Shown: positions 37,971-47,405 of the stretch, piece by piece
How positions within the stretch are numbered: the stretch's first letter is position 1
How the letters are laid out: each line of letters opens with the position of its first letter
Source: an uncultured Acidobacteriota bacterium
GTDB taxonomy: Bacteria; Actinomycetota; Acidimicrobiia; Spongiisociales; ZC4RG35
Direction of reading: 5' to 3'
Assembly (NCBI GenBank): GCA_963828465.1
Contig: CAWHEU010000024.1
Location: forward strand, 85,569 to 149,568
DNA length: 64,000 nucleotides
Notes under the pieces: model-generated
Seen by the model: the letters and a program-made list of their open reading frames with translations, nothing else
Databases searched by the model: none
Told to the model about the DNA's origin: nothing
Position numbers and translations under genes: made by a program

Positions 37971-40048
37971 CCGCCACCGCCGAACGCCCCACCACCACGA
38001 TCTTCCGGCGCCCGAGTTCCACGAAGGGGCTCTGGTCGTGGATCACCACCGTGGACCACAAGCGCATCGGGATCATGTACGGGTACGCCGCCTTCACCTT
38101 CTTCATCATCGGCGGCATGGAGGCCCTGCTTCTTCGTATCCAGCTATCCCAGGCCAACGGCGAGTTCCTCACGGCCGGCGCCTACAACGCACTGTTCACG
38201 ATGCACGGGACGACGATGATCTTCCTCTTCGTCATGCCCGCGTCGTCGGCGCTGATGAACTACATGCTCCCGCTGCTGATCGGGGCGAGAGACGTCGCCT
38301 TCCCCCGGCTCAACGCCCTGTCGTGGTGGATCTTCTTCTTTGGGGGGATCTTTCTCTACTCGACATTCATCTTCGGCACTTCGGCGCCGCCGGTAGGGGT
38401 CGACGGGCTCGGAGGCATCGACGGCAACCTGGCCCCGGGAGGTGGGCCCGGCAGTTTCAACTTCCTTGCCGATTCCCCGGATGGCGGCTGGTTCGGCTAT
38501 CAGCCCAACGCCGGGCCGCTCTACTCGCCTGGGACGGCGATGGACTACTGGGCCCTGGGGCTGCAGATCATCGGTCTCGCTTCCCTGGTGTCCTCGGTCA
38601 ACTTCCTGGTGACCGTGCTCAACCTGCGGGCCAAGGGGATGCGACTCCTCCGCATGCCGGTGTTCGCCTGGATGACCACCATCACCTCGTTCCTGCTCCT
38701 GTTCTCGCTCCCGATCATCGCCGTGGCCTTGTTCATGGTGACCTTCGACCGTCAATTCGGGTCGTTGTTCTTCGCTGCACAGGCGGGTGGCGATGTGATT
38801 CTTTGGCAGCACCTTTTCTGGCTCTTCGGTCATCCCGAGGTCTACATCCTGATCCTCCCCGCAATGGGGATCGTCTCCGAGATCCTGCCCACCTTCTCCC
38901 GGAAGCCGCTGTTCGGATATTCGGCCGTCGTGTTCGCCGGCGCCGCCATCGCCTTCCTCGGCTTCGGCGTGTGGGCCCACCACATGTTCGCCTCCGGGAT
39001 CACACCGGTCGCTCAGGCCGCATTCGGCCTGGCCACGATGACCATCGCCATCCCCACGGGGATCAAGATCTTCAACTGGCTGGGCACGATGTGGATGGGA
39101 AGGATCCGGCTTTCGACGCCGATGCTTTTCGCCATCGGCTTCGTCGCCATGTTCACCATCGGCGGTCTTTCCGGGGTCACCCACGCCGTGGTCCCCTCGG
39201 ACTGGCAGCAGACCGACACCTACTACATCGTTGCCCACTTCCACTATGTGATCTTTGGCGGCGCCGTGTTCGGGCTGTTCGGTGGGCTCTACTACTGGTT
39301 CCCCAAGCTCACCGGCCGCCTGATGAACGAGCGCTTGGGGAAGGTCCACTTCTGGCTGATGCTCCTCGGCTTCAACCTCACCTTCGGCCCGATGCACTGG
39401 CTCGGCCTCCAGGGGATGGTTCGACGTACCTGGAAGTACGCACCGGAGACGAATCTCGAGCCGTGGAATGTCGCCGTCACGATCGGCGCTTTCATCATCG
39501 CCTTCTCGATATTCATCTTCATGATCAACTGGTTCACCAGCCGCCGCAGGGGCGAGGCTTCGGGCCTGGACCCATGGGACGCTCGCACGATCGAATGGAT
39601 GTCGCCCAATCCATCCCCGGAGTACAACTTCGCCGTGCCGCCGGTGGTGACCAGCCTGGACCATTTCTGGCATCTCAAGTACGACGAGGACGCCGAGGGC
39701 CGTGCTGTCCGCAAGGAGGACGGTGACGAGATCGTGGCCACCATCGACCACGAGCAGCTAAACCCGTCGTCTCCGATCCACCTCCCCAACCCGTCGTATT
39801 TCCCCTTCTTCTTCGCCCTGGGGCTCCCACTCATGTTCTACGGCGTCATCTATCACAAGCAGCTGTGGGGCAAGGGCCTGATCGTGGTCGGGCTGATCAT
39901 CGCTCTCGCCGCCGTAATCGGCTGGGCCATCGAGCCCCTGGAAGAGCCTCACGATGATCACGACGAGGAAGAGGAGAAGATTCCTCCCTCCCCGCCTTCG
40001 GCGGCACTCCCCGCTTCGGGGGGAGTTATGGAGTCATCCGATGACTGA
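37967..40048 (+). CDS. ctaD: Cytochrome c oxidase subunit I (A1 type) with C-terminal extension
   Basis: TVDHKRIG, MHGTTM, DVAFPRLN, GHPEVY, WAHHM, HFHY, GMVRR. Confidence 0.96.
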   Translation: MTATAERPTTTIFRRPSSTKGLWSWITTVDHKRIGIMYGYAAFTFFIIGGMEALLLRIQLSQANGEFLTAGAYNALFTMHGTTMIFLFVMPASSALMNYMLPLLIGARDVAFPRLNALSWWIFFFGGIFLYSTFIFGTSAPPVGVDGLGGIDGNLAPGGGPGSFNFLADSPDGGWFGYQPNAGPLYSPGTAMDYWALGLQIIGLASLVSSVNFLVTVLNLRAKGMRLLRMPVFAWMTTITSFLLLFSLPIIAVALFMVTFDRQFGSLFFAAQAGGDVILWQHLFWLFGHPEVYILILPAMGIVSEILPTFSRKPLFGYSAVVFAGAAIAFLGFGVWAHHMFASGITPVAQAAFGLATMTIAIPTGIKIFNWLGTMWMGRIRLSTPMLFAIGFVAMFTIGGLSGVTHAVVPSDWQQTDTYYIVAHFHYVIFGGAVFGLFGGLYYWFPKLTGRLMNERLGKVHFWLMLLGFNLTFGPMHWLGLQGMVRRTWKYAPETNLEPWNVAVTIGAFIIAFSIFIFMINWFTSRRRGEASGLDPWDARTIEWMSPNPSPEYNFAVPPVVTSLDHFWHLKYDEDAEGRAVRKEDGDEIVATIDHEQLNPSSPIHLPNPSYFPFFFALGLPLMFYGVIYHKQLWGKGLIVVGLIIALAAVIGWAIEPLEEPHDDHDEEEEKIPPSPPSAALPASGGVMESSDD
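39982..40025 (+). repeat. REP-like double hairpin inside the 3' end of ctaD
   Basis: CCGCC-ttc-GGCGG followed by CTCCCC-gcttcgg-GGGGAG. Confidence 0.55.
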
Positions 40049-40670
40049 GCTCATCCACGAGGCCGACCTGGAGCACGCCCACCCGGAGCACGAGGGGACG
40101 GGTGTCGAGGACCGCAAGCTGGGGATGTGGCTCTTCCTCAGCTCCGAGTTCCTCTTCTTCGGAGCCCTGATCTCGAACTACCTGCTCTACTCGCAGCGGC
40201 CCGGCTTCGAAGGCGTCTACCCGTCCGAGATCTACGACATCCCCTTCACCTCTGTGAGCTCGTTCGTCCTGTTGATGAGCTCGTTGACCATGGTCCTCGC
40301 CCACAACGCCCAGACTCGCGAGGACGCCAACGGGGCCAGGACCTGGCTCTTCGCCACGGCCGCCCTGGGCTCGGTGTTCCTCGCAGGCCAGGTGTTCGAG
40401 TTCACCGAGTTCATCGTCGAATTCGACATGAAGCTCTCCACTAACCCGGCCGCATCCGCCTTCTACCTCCTCACCGGATTCCACGGGACCCACGTCGCCA
40501 TCGGGGTGATCATGCTCCTGTCTCTGTGGGGGATCTCACGGCGCCGGGGTGGGCTCAGTGACCGGCAGGGTCTCAATCTCGAGCTGGTCGGTCTCTACTG
40601 GCACTTCGTCGACATCATCTGGATCGTGATCTTCACTGTCGTCTACCTGCTCTCGGAGCCACCGCTGTGA
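40041..40670 (+). CDS. ctaE: Cytochrome c oxidase subunit III
   Basis: GMWLFLSSE, LTGFHGTHV, GLYWHFVD. Confidence 0.93.
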   Translation: MTELIHEADLEHAHPEHEGTGVEDRKLGMWLFLSSEFLFFGALISNYLLYSQRPGFEGVYPSEIYDIPFTSVSSFVLLMSSLTMVLAHNAQTREDANGARTWLFATAALGSVFLAGQVFEFTEFIVEFDMKLSTNPAASAFYLLTGFHGTHVAIGVIMLLSLWGISRRRGGLSDRQGLNLELVGLYWHFVDIIWIVIFTVVYLLSEPPL

Positions 40671-40978
40671 GCAGCTCAGAGCACATCCATCACCCGACTC
40701 CGGCTCAATACTGGAAGATCGCAGTGGTGCTCGCCGTGCTCACCGCCGTCGAGGTCGCCATCTACTACATCCACAGGGACTTCGACCTCGGCAATTTCAA
40801 CACCGTGCTTCTGATCGGCCTGGCGGCGCTCAAGTTCGTGATCGTCATCGGGTGGTACATGCATCTCCGCTTCGAGAACCGCATGCTGAGCCGGTTCTTC
40901 ACGGCCGGGTTCATCCTGGCATGTGCCCTGTACACCATCATCCTGACTGCCCTCGGGGCGATAGCCCTGACGAGATGA
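40667..40978 (+). CDS. Cytochrome c oxidase subunit IV family protein
   Basis: LTAVE, KF..YMHLRFE; three TM segments. Confidence 0.85.
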   Translation: MSSSEHIHHPTPAQYWKIAVVLAVLTAVEVAIYYIHRDFDLGNFNTVLLIGLAALKFVIVIGWYMHLRFENRMLSRFFTAGFILACALYTIILTALGAIALTR

Positions 40979-41781
40979 TCCCCCCGTTTCATCCCCATTA
41001 CGACGTGTGGGCGCTGGCCTTCGCCCTCGCCTTCGGCTACTGGTACGCAGACCGCAGGCTGCGCCCGGTGCTCGCTCCCGAGGCGCCGCCGGCGACCACC
41101 GGGCAGAAATGGCAGTGGTATCTGGCGGTCGTGGCGCTGTGGCTGGTCTCAGGCTGGCCAGTCCACGACATCGGCGAGACATCGTTGTTCACGGTGCACA
41201 TGGTGGAGCACATGGTCATCGCACTGGTGATACCGCCATTGATGCTCCGGGGTATTCCGAGATGGCTGGCCGATGTGACCATCGGTCACCCCAAGGTCGC
41301 ACGGTTCATCAGGCCTCTGGCCAAACCCGTGCCCGCCTTCGTCCTATTCAATACCACGTTCATCGCGATCCACTGGCCCGACCTGGTGGCCCTCATGGTG
41401 CAGGGTGGCCCGCCGCACCTCCTGGTCCACGCCTGGCTGTTCGGCGTTTCCATCCTCATGTGGATGCCCGTTCTCTCTCCGACGACGGCCATCCCCAGGC
41501 TCCCGCCGCCTGGCCAGATGGGCTACCTCTTCGCCCAGTCGCTGCTTCCCACCATCCCGGCATCGTTCCTGACCTTCTCGACGGTTCCGCTCTATCCGGT
41601 CTATGGCGATGCCGCCCTGGCGTTCGGGCTCACTGCGGTGACCGACCAGACCATCGCAGGGGTCATCATGAAACTGGGTGGCGGGCTACTTCTCTGGTCG
41701 ACGATCGCAGTGATCTGGTTCCGCTGGACGAAGCAGGAGCGCGAGTGGGAGCGTCTCGAGTCCACGCTTCGGGCCTCCTGA
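40975..41781 (+). CDS. ctaG: caa3-type cytochrome c oxidase assembly factor CtaG
   Basis: WPVHDIGE, FTVHMVEH, DQTIAGVIMK. Confidence 0.87.
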   Translation: MIPPFHPHYDVWALAFALAFGYWYADRRLRPVLAPEAPPATTGQKWQWYLAVVALWLVSGWPVHDIGETSLFTVHMVEHMVIALVIPPLMLRGIPRWLADVTIGHPKVARFIRPLAKPVPAFVLFNTTFIAIHWPDLVALMVQGGPPHLLVHAWLFGVSILMWMPVLSPTTAIPRLPPPGQMGYLFAQSLLPTIPASFLTFSTVPLYPVYGDAALAFGLTAVTDQTIAGVIMKLGGGLLLWSTIAVIWFRWTKQEREWERLESTLRAS

Positions 41782-41801
41782 AGTCGATCACCGTCGTCGT
41801 G

Positions 41802-42065
41802 ATGACCCTCGGATTGGTCGCTTGCAATCAGACGGAAGGCACAGCGCGTGGCGTGGTCACGTCGGTGGACGGCAGTCTGGAGGACGTCACTTCGTTCGTG
41901 GTACTGGTCGAGGGGTCTGAGCTCGAGTTCCTTCCAACCGCTGACGGCGATTACGACTTCCCCCTCTCCCACCTCCGGGAGCACCAACGGACGGGCGAGC
42001 CGGTTCTCGTTGAATGGGAGATCGTAGGTAGCGTGCGGTACGCACTGAGCCTGGCTGACGGGTAG
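41802..42065 (+). CDS. Small hypothetical lipoprotein; start uncertain
   Basis: LVAC lipobox; beta-rich, FPLSHLREH motif; fills the gap after ctaG. Confidence 0.62.
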   Translation: MTLGLVACNQTEGTARGVVTSVDGSLEDVTSFVVLVEGSELEFLPTADGDYDFPLSHLREHQRTGEPVLVEWEIVGSVRYALSLADG

Positions 42066-42093
42066 AGGGCGCCCAACCGAGTACGAGGAGCAT

Positions 42094-43191
42094 ATGCCGA
42101 TCGACCTACCGCCAGGTCATTTCTTCCTACCCGGTCCTACCGAGGTCCATCCCGACGTGCTCGCCGCCCAGGCTCGACCGATGATCGGTCACCGGGGCCG
42201 GGCCATCGAAGCGTTGCTCGCCCGCCTCCAGGACGGGCTGAAGCAGGTCTTTCTCACCGAGCAGCCGGTGATCGTGTCCACCTCGTCGGCTACGGGCCTC
42301 ATGGAGGCTTCGGTGCGAAATGGAGTGGCCGGCGGCAGGGTGTTGAGCCTGGTGAACGGCGCTTTCTCCTCGAGGTTCGCCGAGATCGCCATGGCTTGTG
42401 GCCACGACACCGAGGTCTGGTCGGTGGATTGGGGCCTAGTGCACGATCCGGTCGAGCTCGACGCCAGGTTGGGCCAGGGAGGCTTCGATGCGGTCACGAT
42501 GACCCACTCCGAGACCTCTACCGGAGCCCTTCAGGACCTCGAGGCGATCGCCTCGGTAATCCGGCGGCATGAGGGTGTGATGCTGCTTATCGACTCGGTT
42601 ACCGGAGTGGCCGGAGCCGAGATCCGCACCGACGACTGGGCTCTCGACTTCGTCCTCACCGGGTCGCAGAAGGCGCTGGCCCTGCCTCCGGGCCTGGCCT
42701 TCGCCGTCGCCTCGCCGGCGATGCTGGATCGCTCCGCCCAGGCCACGAACAAGGGTTACTACTTCGACCTGTTGCCGCTCATGAAGTCTCTGGAGGCATT
42801 TCAAACCCCCTCGACACCGGCGATCTCACTGCTCTATGCCCTCGAAGTCCAACTGGAGAGGATCAGGGCCGAGGGCATCGAGCAACGCTGGGAGCGGCAC
42901 GCGGCGATGCGTTCGGCCACGATCGAGTGGGTCGAGGCAATGCGGTCCGAAGGTTCCGAGATCGCCGTGCTCGCACCAGAGGGTCACCGCTCACCAACGA
43001 TCACCTGCATCAGCCTGCCAGAGGGCCGTTCCGGCCCTGAGGTGGTCGCGGCGATGCGAGAGCGGAGCTGGGTCATCGGCGGCGGCTACTCGAGGCTCAA
43101 GGAGTCGACTATTCGAATCGGGCACATGGGCGATCACGACCCGCAGGTGCTCGGCGAGCTGCTCGGCACCCTCGGCGAGGTCTTGCGTTGA
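42094..43191 (+). CDS. Class V PLP aminotransferase (serine-pyruvate / phosphoserine transaminase-like)
   Basis: LPGPT, HSETSTG, TGSQKALALPPG, IRIGHMG. Confidence 0.9.
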   Translation: MPIDLPPGHFFLPGPTEVHPDVLAAQARPMIGHRGRAIEALLARLQDGLKQVFLTEQPVIVSTSSATGLMEASVRNGVAGGRVLSLVNGAFSSRFAEIAMACGHDTEVWSVDWGLVHDPVELDARLGQGGFDAVTMTHSETSTGALQDLEAIASVIRRHEGVMLLIDSVTGVAGAEIRTDDWALDFVLTGSQKALALPPGLAFAVASPAMLDRSAQATNKGYYFDLLPLMKSLEAFQTPSTPAISLLYALEVQLERIRAEGIEQRWERHAAMRSATIEWVEAMRSEGSEIAVLAPEGHRSPTITCISLPEGRSGPEVVAAMRERSWVIGGGYSRLKESTIRIGHMGDHDPQVLGELLGTLGEVLR

Positions 43192-44174
43192 CCATGCCAT
43201 ATCGGGTGGTGGCCACCGATCGGGTGTCGAAGAAGGGCCTCGCACCGCTTCGCGACGACGATCGCTTCGACGTTGTCCTGATCAAAGACTCCTCCGATCC
43301 GGAGTTCGTTGCTGGGTTGAAGACCGCCGCGGGTCTGATCGTTCGCAGCGCTACCCGAGTCGATGCCTCGCTGCTGAACGGGGCGCCTGGCCTAAAGGTG
43401 GTGGGCCGTGCAGGCGTCGGCGTCGACAACATCGACGTAGCCGCCGCTTCCGAACGAGGCGTGGCCGTGATGAATGCCCCGGGCGGCAACACAATCTCTG
43501 CCGCCGAGCTGACCATGGCGCTTTTGCTGGCAGTGGCGCGCAGGGTGACCGTGGCCGATCGGTCGATTCGCCAGGGGCGATGGGAGCGCTCGAGCCTGCA
43601 GGGTGTCGAGCTGAGAGGAAAGACTCTGGGTGTCATCGGCGCGGGTCGCATCGGCTGGGAGGTGGCGCAGCGTTGCCGGGCTTTCGGGATGGACGTGATC
43701 GTTTACGACCCGTATCTGGCCGCCGACAGAGTGAACGAGCTGCATCCACATCTGGTGTCGCTTGACAGCCTGATCGAGAATTCGGACGTCATCACCCTCC
43801 ATGTCCCCCTCAACTCAGAGACGAGGGGTCTCATCGGCGAAAGCACGTTGGGCCGGATGAAAAAGGGTGCCTTCGTGCTCAATGTTTCTCGTGGTGGTGT
43901 CGTCGACGAGAGGGCCCTGGCCAAAGCACTCAACAGTGGACGGATCGCAGGTGCGGGTCTCGATGTCTACGAGCACGAGCCGCTGTCGCCGGACAGCCCG
44001 TTGCTCGACGCCCCCAACCTCGTTCTCACACCGCACCTCGGCGCATCGACCAAAGAGGCTCAGATCCAGGTGGCTCTCGAGGTGGCCCGAAGTATGCGTA
44101 CCGCCCTCGCCCAGGGTGACCTATCTGCCGCCATCAACGCGTCGGATTTGGCCAACGCCTCCGGTCTGAGCTGA
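43188..44174 (+). CDS. serA: D-3-phosphoglycerate dehydrogenase-like protein, no ACT domain
   Basis: VRSAT, GRAGVGVDNID, GAGRIG, LDVYEHEP, TPHLGAST. Confidence 0.8.
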   Translation: MTMPYRVVATDRVSKKGLAPLRDDDRFDVVLIKDSSDPEFVAGLKTAAGLIVRSATRVDASLLNGAPGLKVVGRAGVGVDNIDVAAASERGVAVMNAPGGNTISAAELTMALLLAVARRVTVADRSIRQGRWERSSLQGVELRGKTLGVIGAGRIGWEVAQRCRAFGMDVIVYDPYLAADRVNELHPHLVSLDSLIENSDVITLHVPLNSETRGLIGESTLGRMKKGAFVLNVSRGGVVDERALAKALNSGRIAGAGLDVYEHEPLSPDSPLLDAPNLVLTPHLGASTKEAQIQVALEVARSMRTALAQGDLSAAINASDLANASGLS

Positions 44175-44195
44175 TCCCCCCACGAGCGGACAGAG

Positions 44196-45389
44196 TCAGC
44201 CGATAACGAGTGTGATCGATGCCTCGGACTCGGCCGCAGGCTCTTCCGGTTCCTCTTCCGGGTTGCGGGCAAACATGACTGCCAGGATGAAGACCAGGAT
44301 GGTGCCGATCCCGATCACTGCCACCATCACCTCGCCAAAGGACAGCTTGATGTTGGGCTTGGTTCCGGCAAGTGAGGCGAATCCAAGGATGCCGGCAGCA
44401 ACGAGGATCCCCACGATCGCAGCCCCACCCTCCGCGAGGTGATTGGACTCGATGAGGACCCAGGCGAAGGGAAGGACGAGCAGCCCGAGCAGCAGGAGGC
44501 CGGTGAGGGGGATGCCGAAGGCGAAGCCGAGTCGTTGCCTGACACTGTCGATCTCCTCGCCCGAGCCGTCGGGCACCGCAACCGGGACACCGATCGCTTG
44601 TGTGACAGTCGCGGTCAGTCCACCGAGGATGGCGCCCCCGATCGCCATCACGCCGGTAGTGGCGAGGACCGGTAGCTGAACCACCCCTTCCGCCCCCTCC
44701 ACCGGTGTCCCCAGGCCGGTGAGGACGGCCCCGGCGACCACACCGAGCAGAATGCCTATCAGGGCGCCGACCCAGGCAGTCGAGCTAGGCGAGTTGCTGA
44801 GCTGCATGCCGGGATTGGCCCACGATGCGGCCGCCCGCGAAAGGGAGGCGATGACAGCTCCGAAGATGATGCTGATCAGCGCAGCACCGATGATCACGCC
44901 GTTCGAATCGACCTGGATCACCGGGATAAAGAACTCCTCACCGGTGACGGTGGAAGTGGACGCCCACCAGTTGCTCGCCACGACGAAGCCGATCAGTCCG
45001 AGCCCGGCGCCGGTCCATGCCCCCACCCTCACGGCGGTGCGCACACGACGTCGCAACGGGACCGGCTCCAGGATGACTTCCGGCTCCGGCTCGACCACTA
45101 CTGCTGCCGCTACCGGCGCTACCTCGGGTTGAGTGGCCGGCTCCGGCTCGGGCCCTGCATCAGGGGAGGGGGCGGGCTCCGTCGATTCGTCGGCCGCGGG
45201 CGCAGCTTCCTCGGTCGGGGCCGCCGCAGGTGCCGGCGCCGCTCCGGCGGCCGGTGCTCCACCCGCCCACGCGTTCAACACGTCGTCCACCGACGTGCCG
45301 TTGGCCGTGGCCCTGGCCGCCGCCGACCGTTGCACCAACGTCTCGGGCACATTCAAAGCGTCGGCGGCTGCGGTCAGCAGTTCACTCAC
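44196..45389 (-). CDS. Hypothetical membrane protein: small N-terminal domain, Ala/Pro/Glu linker, several TM helices
   Basis: Long ORF overlapping the galK stop; Gly-rich hydrophobic segments. Confidence 0.72.
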   Translation of the reverse strand: MSELLTAAADALNVPETLVQRSAAARATANGTSVDDVLNAWAGGAPAAGAAPAPAAAPTEEAAPAADESTEPAPSPDAGPEPEPATQPEVAPVAAAVVVEPEPEVILEPVPLRRRVRTAVRVGAWTGAGLGLIGFVVASNWWASTSTVTGEEFFIPVIQVDSNGVIIGAALISIIFGAVIASLSRAAASWANPGMQLSNSPSSTAWVGALIGILLGVVAGAVLTGLGTPVEGAEGVVQLPVLATTGVMAIGGAILGGLTATVTQAIGVPVAVPDGSGEEIDSVRQRLGFAFGIPLTGLLLLGLLVLPFAWVLIESNHLAEGGAAIVGILVAAGILGFASLAGTKPNIKLSFGEVMVAVIGIGTILVFILAVMFARNPEEEPEEPAAESEASITLVIG

Positions 45390-46426
45390 AGAGCGCGATA
45401 GTAATTGGATCCACCCGAGACGACCTCCGCCCCATCCACGGCTCCTACCACCCAGGCGTCCGTCACTGCTCCCGGCTCCGCCAAGGCGATGACGCAGCCG
45501 CCGAAGCCGGCTCCGGTGAGGCGGGCGCCGTAGACACCGGGAGTGGAGATCAGATTCTCGACCGCGGAATCGAGGTCGGGGGTGGACACCTCGTAGTCGT
45601 CGCGCAGACTGACGTGGCTGGCGGTCATCAGCCGGCCGGCGGCCTTCAAATCACCTGATCGAAACGCTGCGACGCATCGTCGCACTCGCTCGTTTTCGGA
45701 GACCACGTGGCGGGCCCGTGCGAGAAGGACAGGATCACTGAGGGGTGAGAGATCCTCCATCCCGGCCAGACGAAGCGGTCCGATCACCTCTTCGGCGGCG
45801 AGACAGGCCGCCACCCGATCCGAATAGGGGCTCCCGGCCACTGTGCGGTGGGAGATGTACTTGACCACTATGTCGGCGCCCCCGGGCAGCGGGACCGGCT
45901 CGACCGTCAGCTCGTGGCAGTCGAGTAGCAGTGCATGGCCATCGAGCCCGTGGAGGGAGGCCATCTCGTCGAGGATTCCGGCGGGGACCCCCGTGGCAGC
46001 TTGCTGGGCTCGCTGGCAGAGGAGGGCGACTTCGAGCCGTGAAAGGTCGGCATCGACGCCCAGAGCGAGGGCCAGGGCGACGCCGAGGGCACCCGACGAG
46101 GAGAGCCCGGCGCCGATCGGCACCGTCGATTCGACCGACCCGGCAAACCCATGCTCCCGCCCCAGCTCGGCGGCGATGGCAGCGACCCGTCTCGCCCACG
46201 GCGGCTCGGTGTCTGCGACCACCGCCGGCAGCGGGATGGTCGCCGGTGTCGCGTCCTGGTCGGAGGTAAGGGTGATGACAGGCTCATCGGTGTCGACGCC
46301 CCGGACCACGATCTGACGATCGATGGCTAAAGGCAGGGCGAGACCTCCGGTGTAGTCGGTGTGATCGCCGATGAAGTTGACCCGACCAGGTGCCCGGACC
46401 TCCACTCGATCGCCGGCCGGTGACAT
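45386..46426 (-). CDS. galK: Galactokinase
   Basis: APGRVNFIGDHTDY, PIGAGLSSS, RARHVVSENERV, GARLTGAGFGG. Confidence 0.9.
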   Translation of the reverse strand: MSPAGDRVEVRAPGRVNFIGDHTDYTGGLALPLAIDRQIVVRGVDTDEPVITLTSDQDATPATIPLPAVVADTEPPWARRVAAIAAELGREHGFAGSVESTVPIGAGLSSSGALGVALALALGVDADLSRLEVALLCQRAQQAATGVPAGILDEMASLHGLDGHALLLDCHELTVEPVPLPGGADIVVKYISHRTVAGSPYSDRVAACLAAEEVIGPLRLAGMEDLSPLSDPVLLARARHVVSENERVRRCVAAFRSGDLKAAGRLMTASHVSLRDDYEVSTPDLDSAVENLISTPGVYGARLTGAGFGGCVIALAEPGAVTDAWVVGAVDGAEVVSGGSNYYRAL

Positions 46427-46477
46427 CAGCGGAAGGCTAGAAGCTCAGATTCTGGGTCCAGGTACCCTGCTCCCAGC

Positions 46478-47341
46478 ATGCTCGCCGTCATCAGCTATCC
46501 GCCGATCCCCATTTGGGATATCGGCCCCTTCCAGTTCTCCTTGCACGGGCTATTCGCCGCCCTTGGCTTTGTTGCCGGGGCCTGGCTGGCCAACAGGGAG
46601 ATGGGAAAGCGCGGCTTCGACACCGCCAAATACCAGTCGGTGCTCACCTGGGGTCTCATCGGCTCCCTCATCGGCGCTCGCTACCTCACCACGCCTGCCC
46701 AGTTGATGGCTGGGGTGCCCCTGGTGGACGCCTTGAACCCGATCTCGGGCAACTTCTCGATCATGGGCGGCTTCGCCGGAGGAATCATCGCCGGCTGGAT
46801 ACGGATGCGACAGGTCGGCCTCCCGGTCCTGCCCACCCTCGACATGTCTTCATTCGGTCTGGCGCTGGGAACCGTGGTCGGTCGAATCGGCGACCTCGCC
46901 ATCGTCGAGCATCTGGGCAAGAGCACCACCGCCTGGTGGGGTTACGGGATACGGCCGGGCTACGACGTTGCTCCCCAGCACGATGGGCTGGAGTGCGCAG
47001 CCGCCGATGTCGGCGAGGTCTTTTGTGGCGTGTATCACCACGTGGCCTTCTACGACATGATCGGGGCCGCCGTGCTGCTCGGCCTGCTCTATTTGCTCTA
47101 CGACCGCATCGAGCTCCGCTACGGCCAGCTCTTCTTTGCCTGGGTGACCTGGTACGGATTCCAGCGGTTCCTGCTCGACTCGCTGCGGTTCGGGAGCGGC
47201 GACGCCGAGATCGGCGCACTCACCTGGAACCAGCTGAGCGGCCTCCTCGCCGGTATCGCCGGGCTGATCGCCCTGTGGTGGCTAGGCAAGAATCAGCGAA
47301 TCGTCTCCGAGGAAGCAGATCAGGCTCTGATCAGCGCCTAA
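46478..47341 (+). CDS. lgt: Prolipoprotein diacylglyceryl transferase family protein
   Basis: SLHGL, IGARY, SIMGG, GRIGD, QRFLLDSLR. Confidence 0.85.
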   Translation: MLAVISYPPIPIWDIGPFQFSLHGLFAALGFVAGAWLANREMGKRGFDTAKYQSVLTWGLIGSLIGARYLTTPAQLMAGVPLVDALNPISGNFSIMGGFAGGIIAGWIRMRQVGLPVLPTLDMSSFGLALGTVVGRIGDLAIVEHLGKSTTAWWGYGIRPGYDVAPQHDGLECAAADVGEVFCGVYHHVAFYDMIGAAVLLGLLYLLYDRIELRYGQLFFAWVTWYGFQRFLLDSLRFGSGDAEIGALTWNQLSGLLAGIAGLIALWWLGKNQRIVSEEADQALISA

Positions 47342-47405
47342 GGGCGCTGTTGACGCACCGTCCAAATCCCGAAATCACCGGTGACCCCGTGACACCATGT
47401 CGGCC

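Noticed and set aside
37936-39751. Long alternative-frame and antisense ORFs over ctaD, and similar ones over glnE, the MFS genes and others
   Set aside because: Arg/Pro/Gly-rich shadow ORFs expected from high GC3 codon bias; no recognisable motifs
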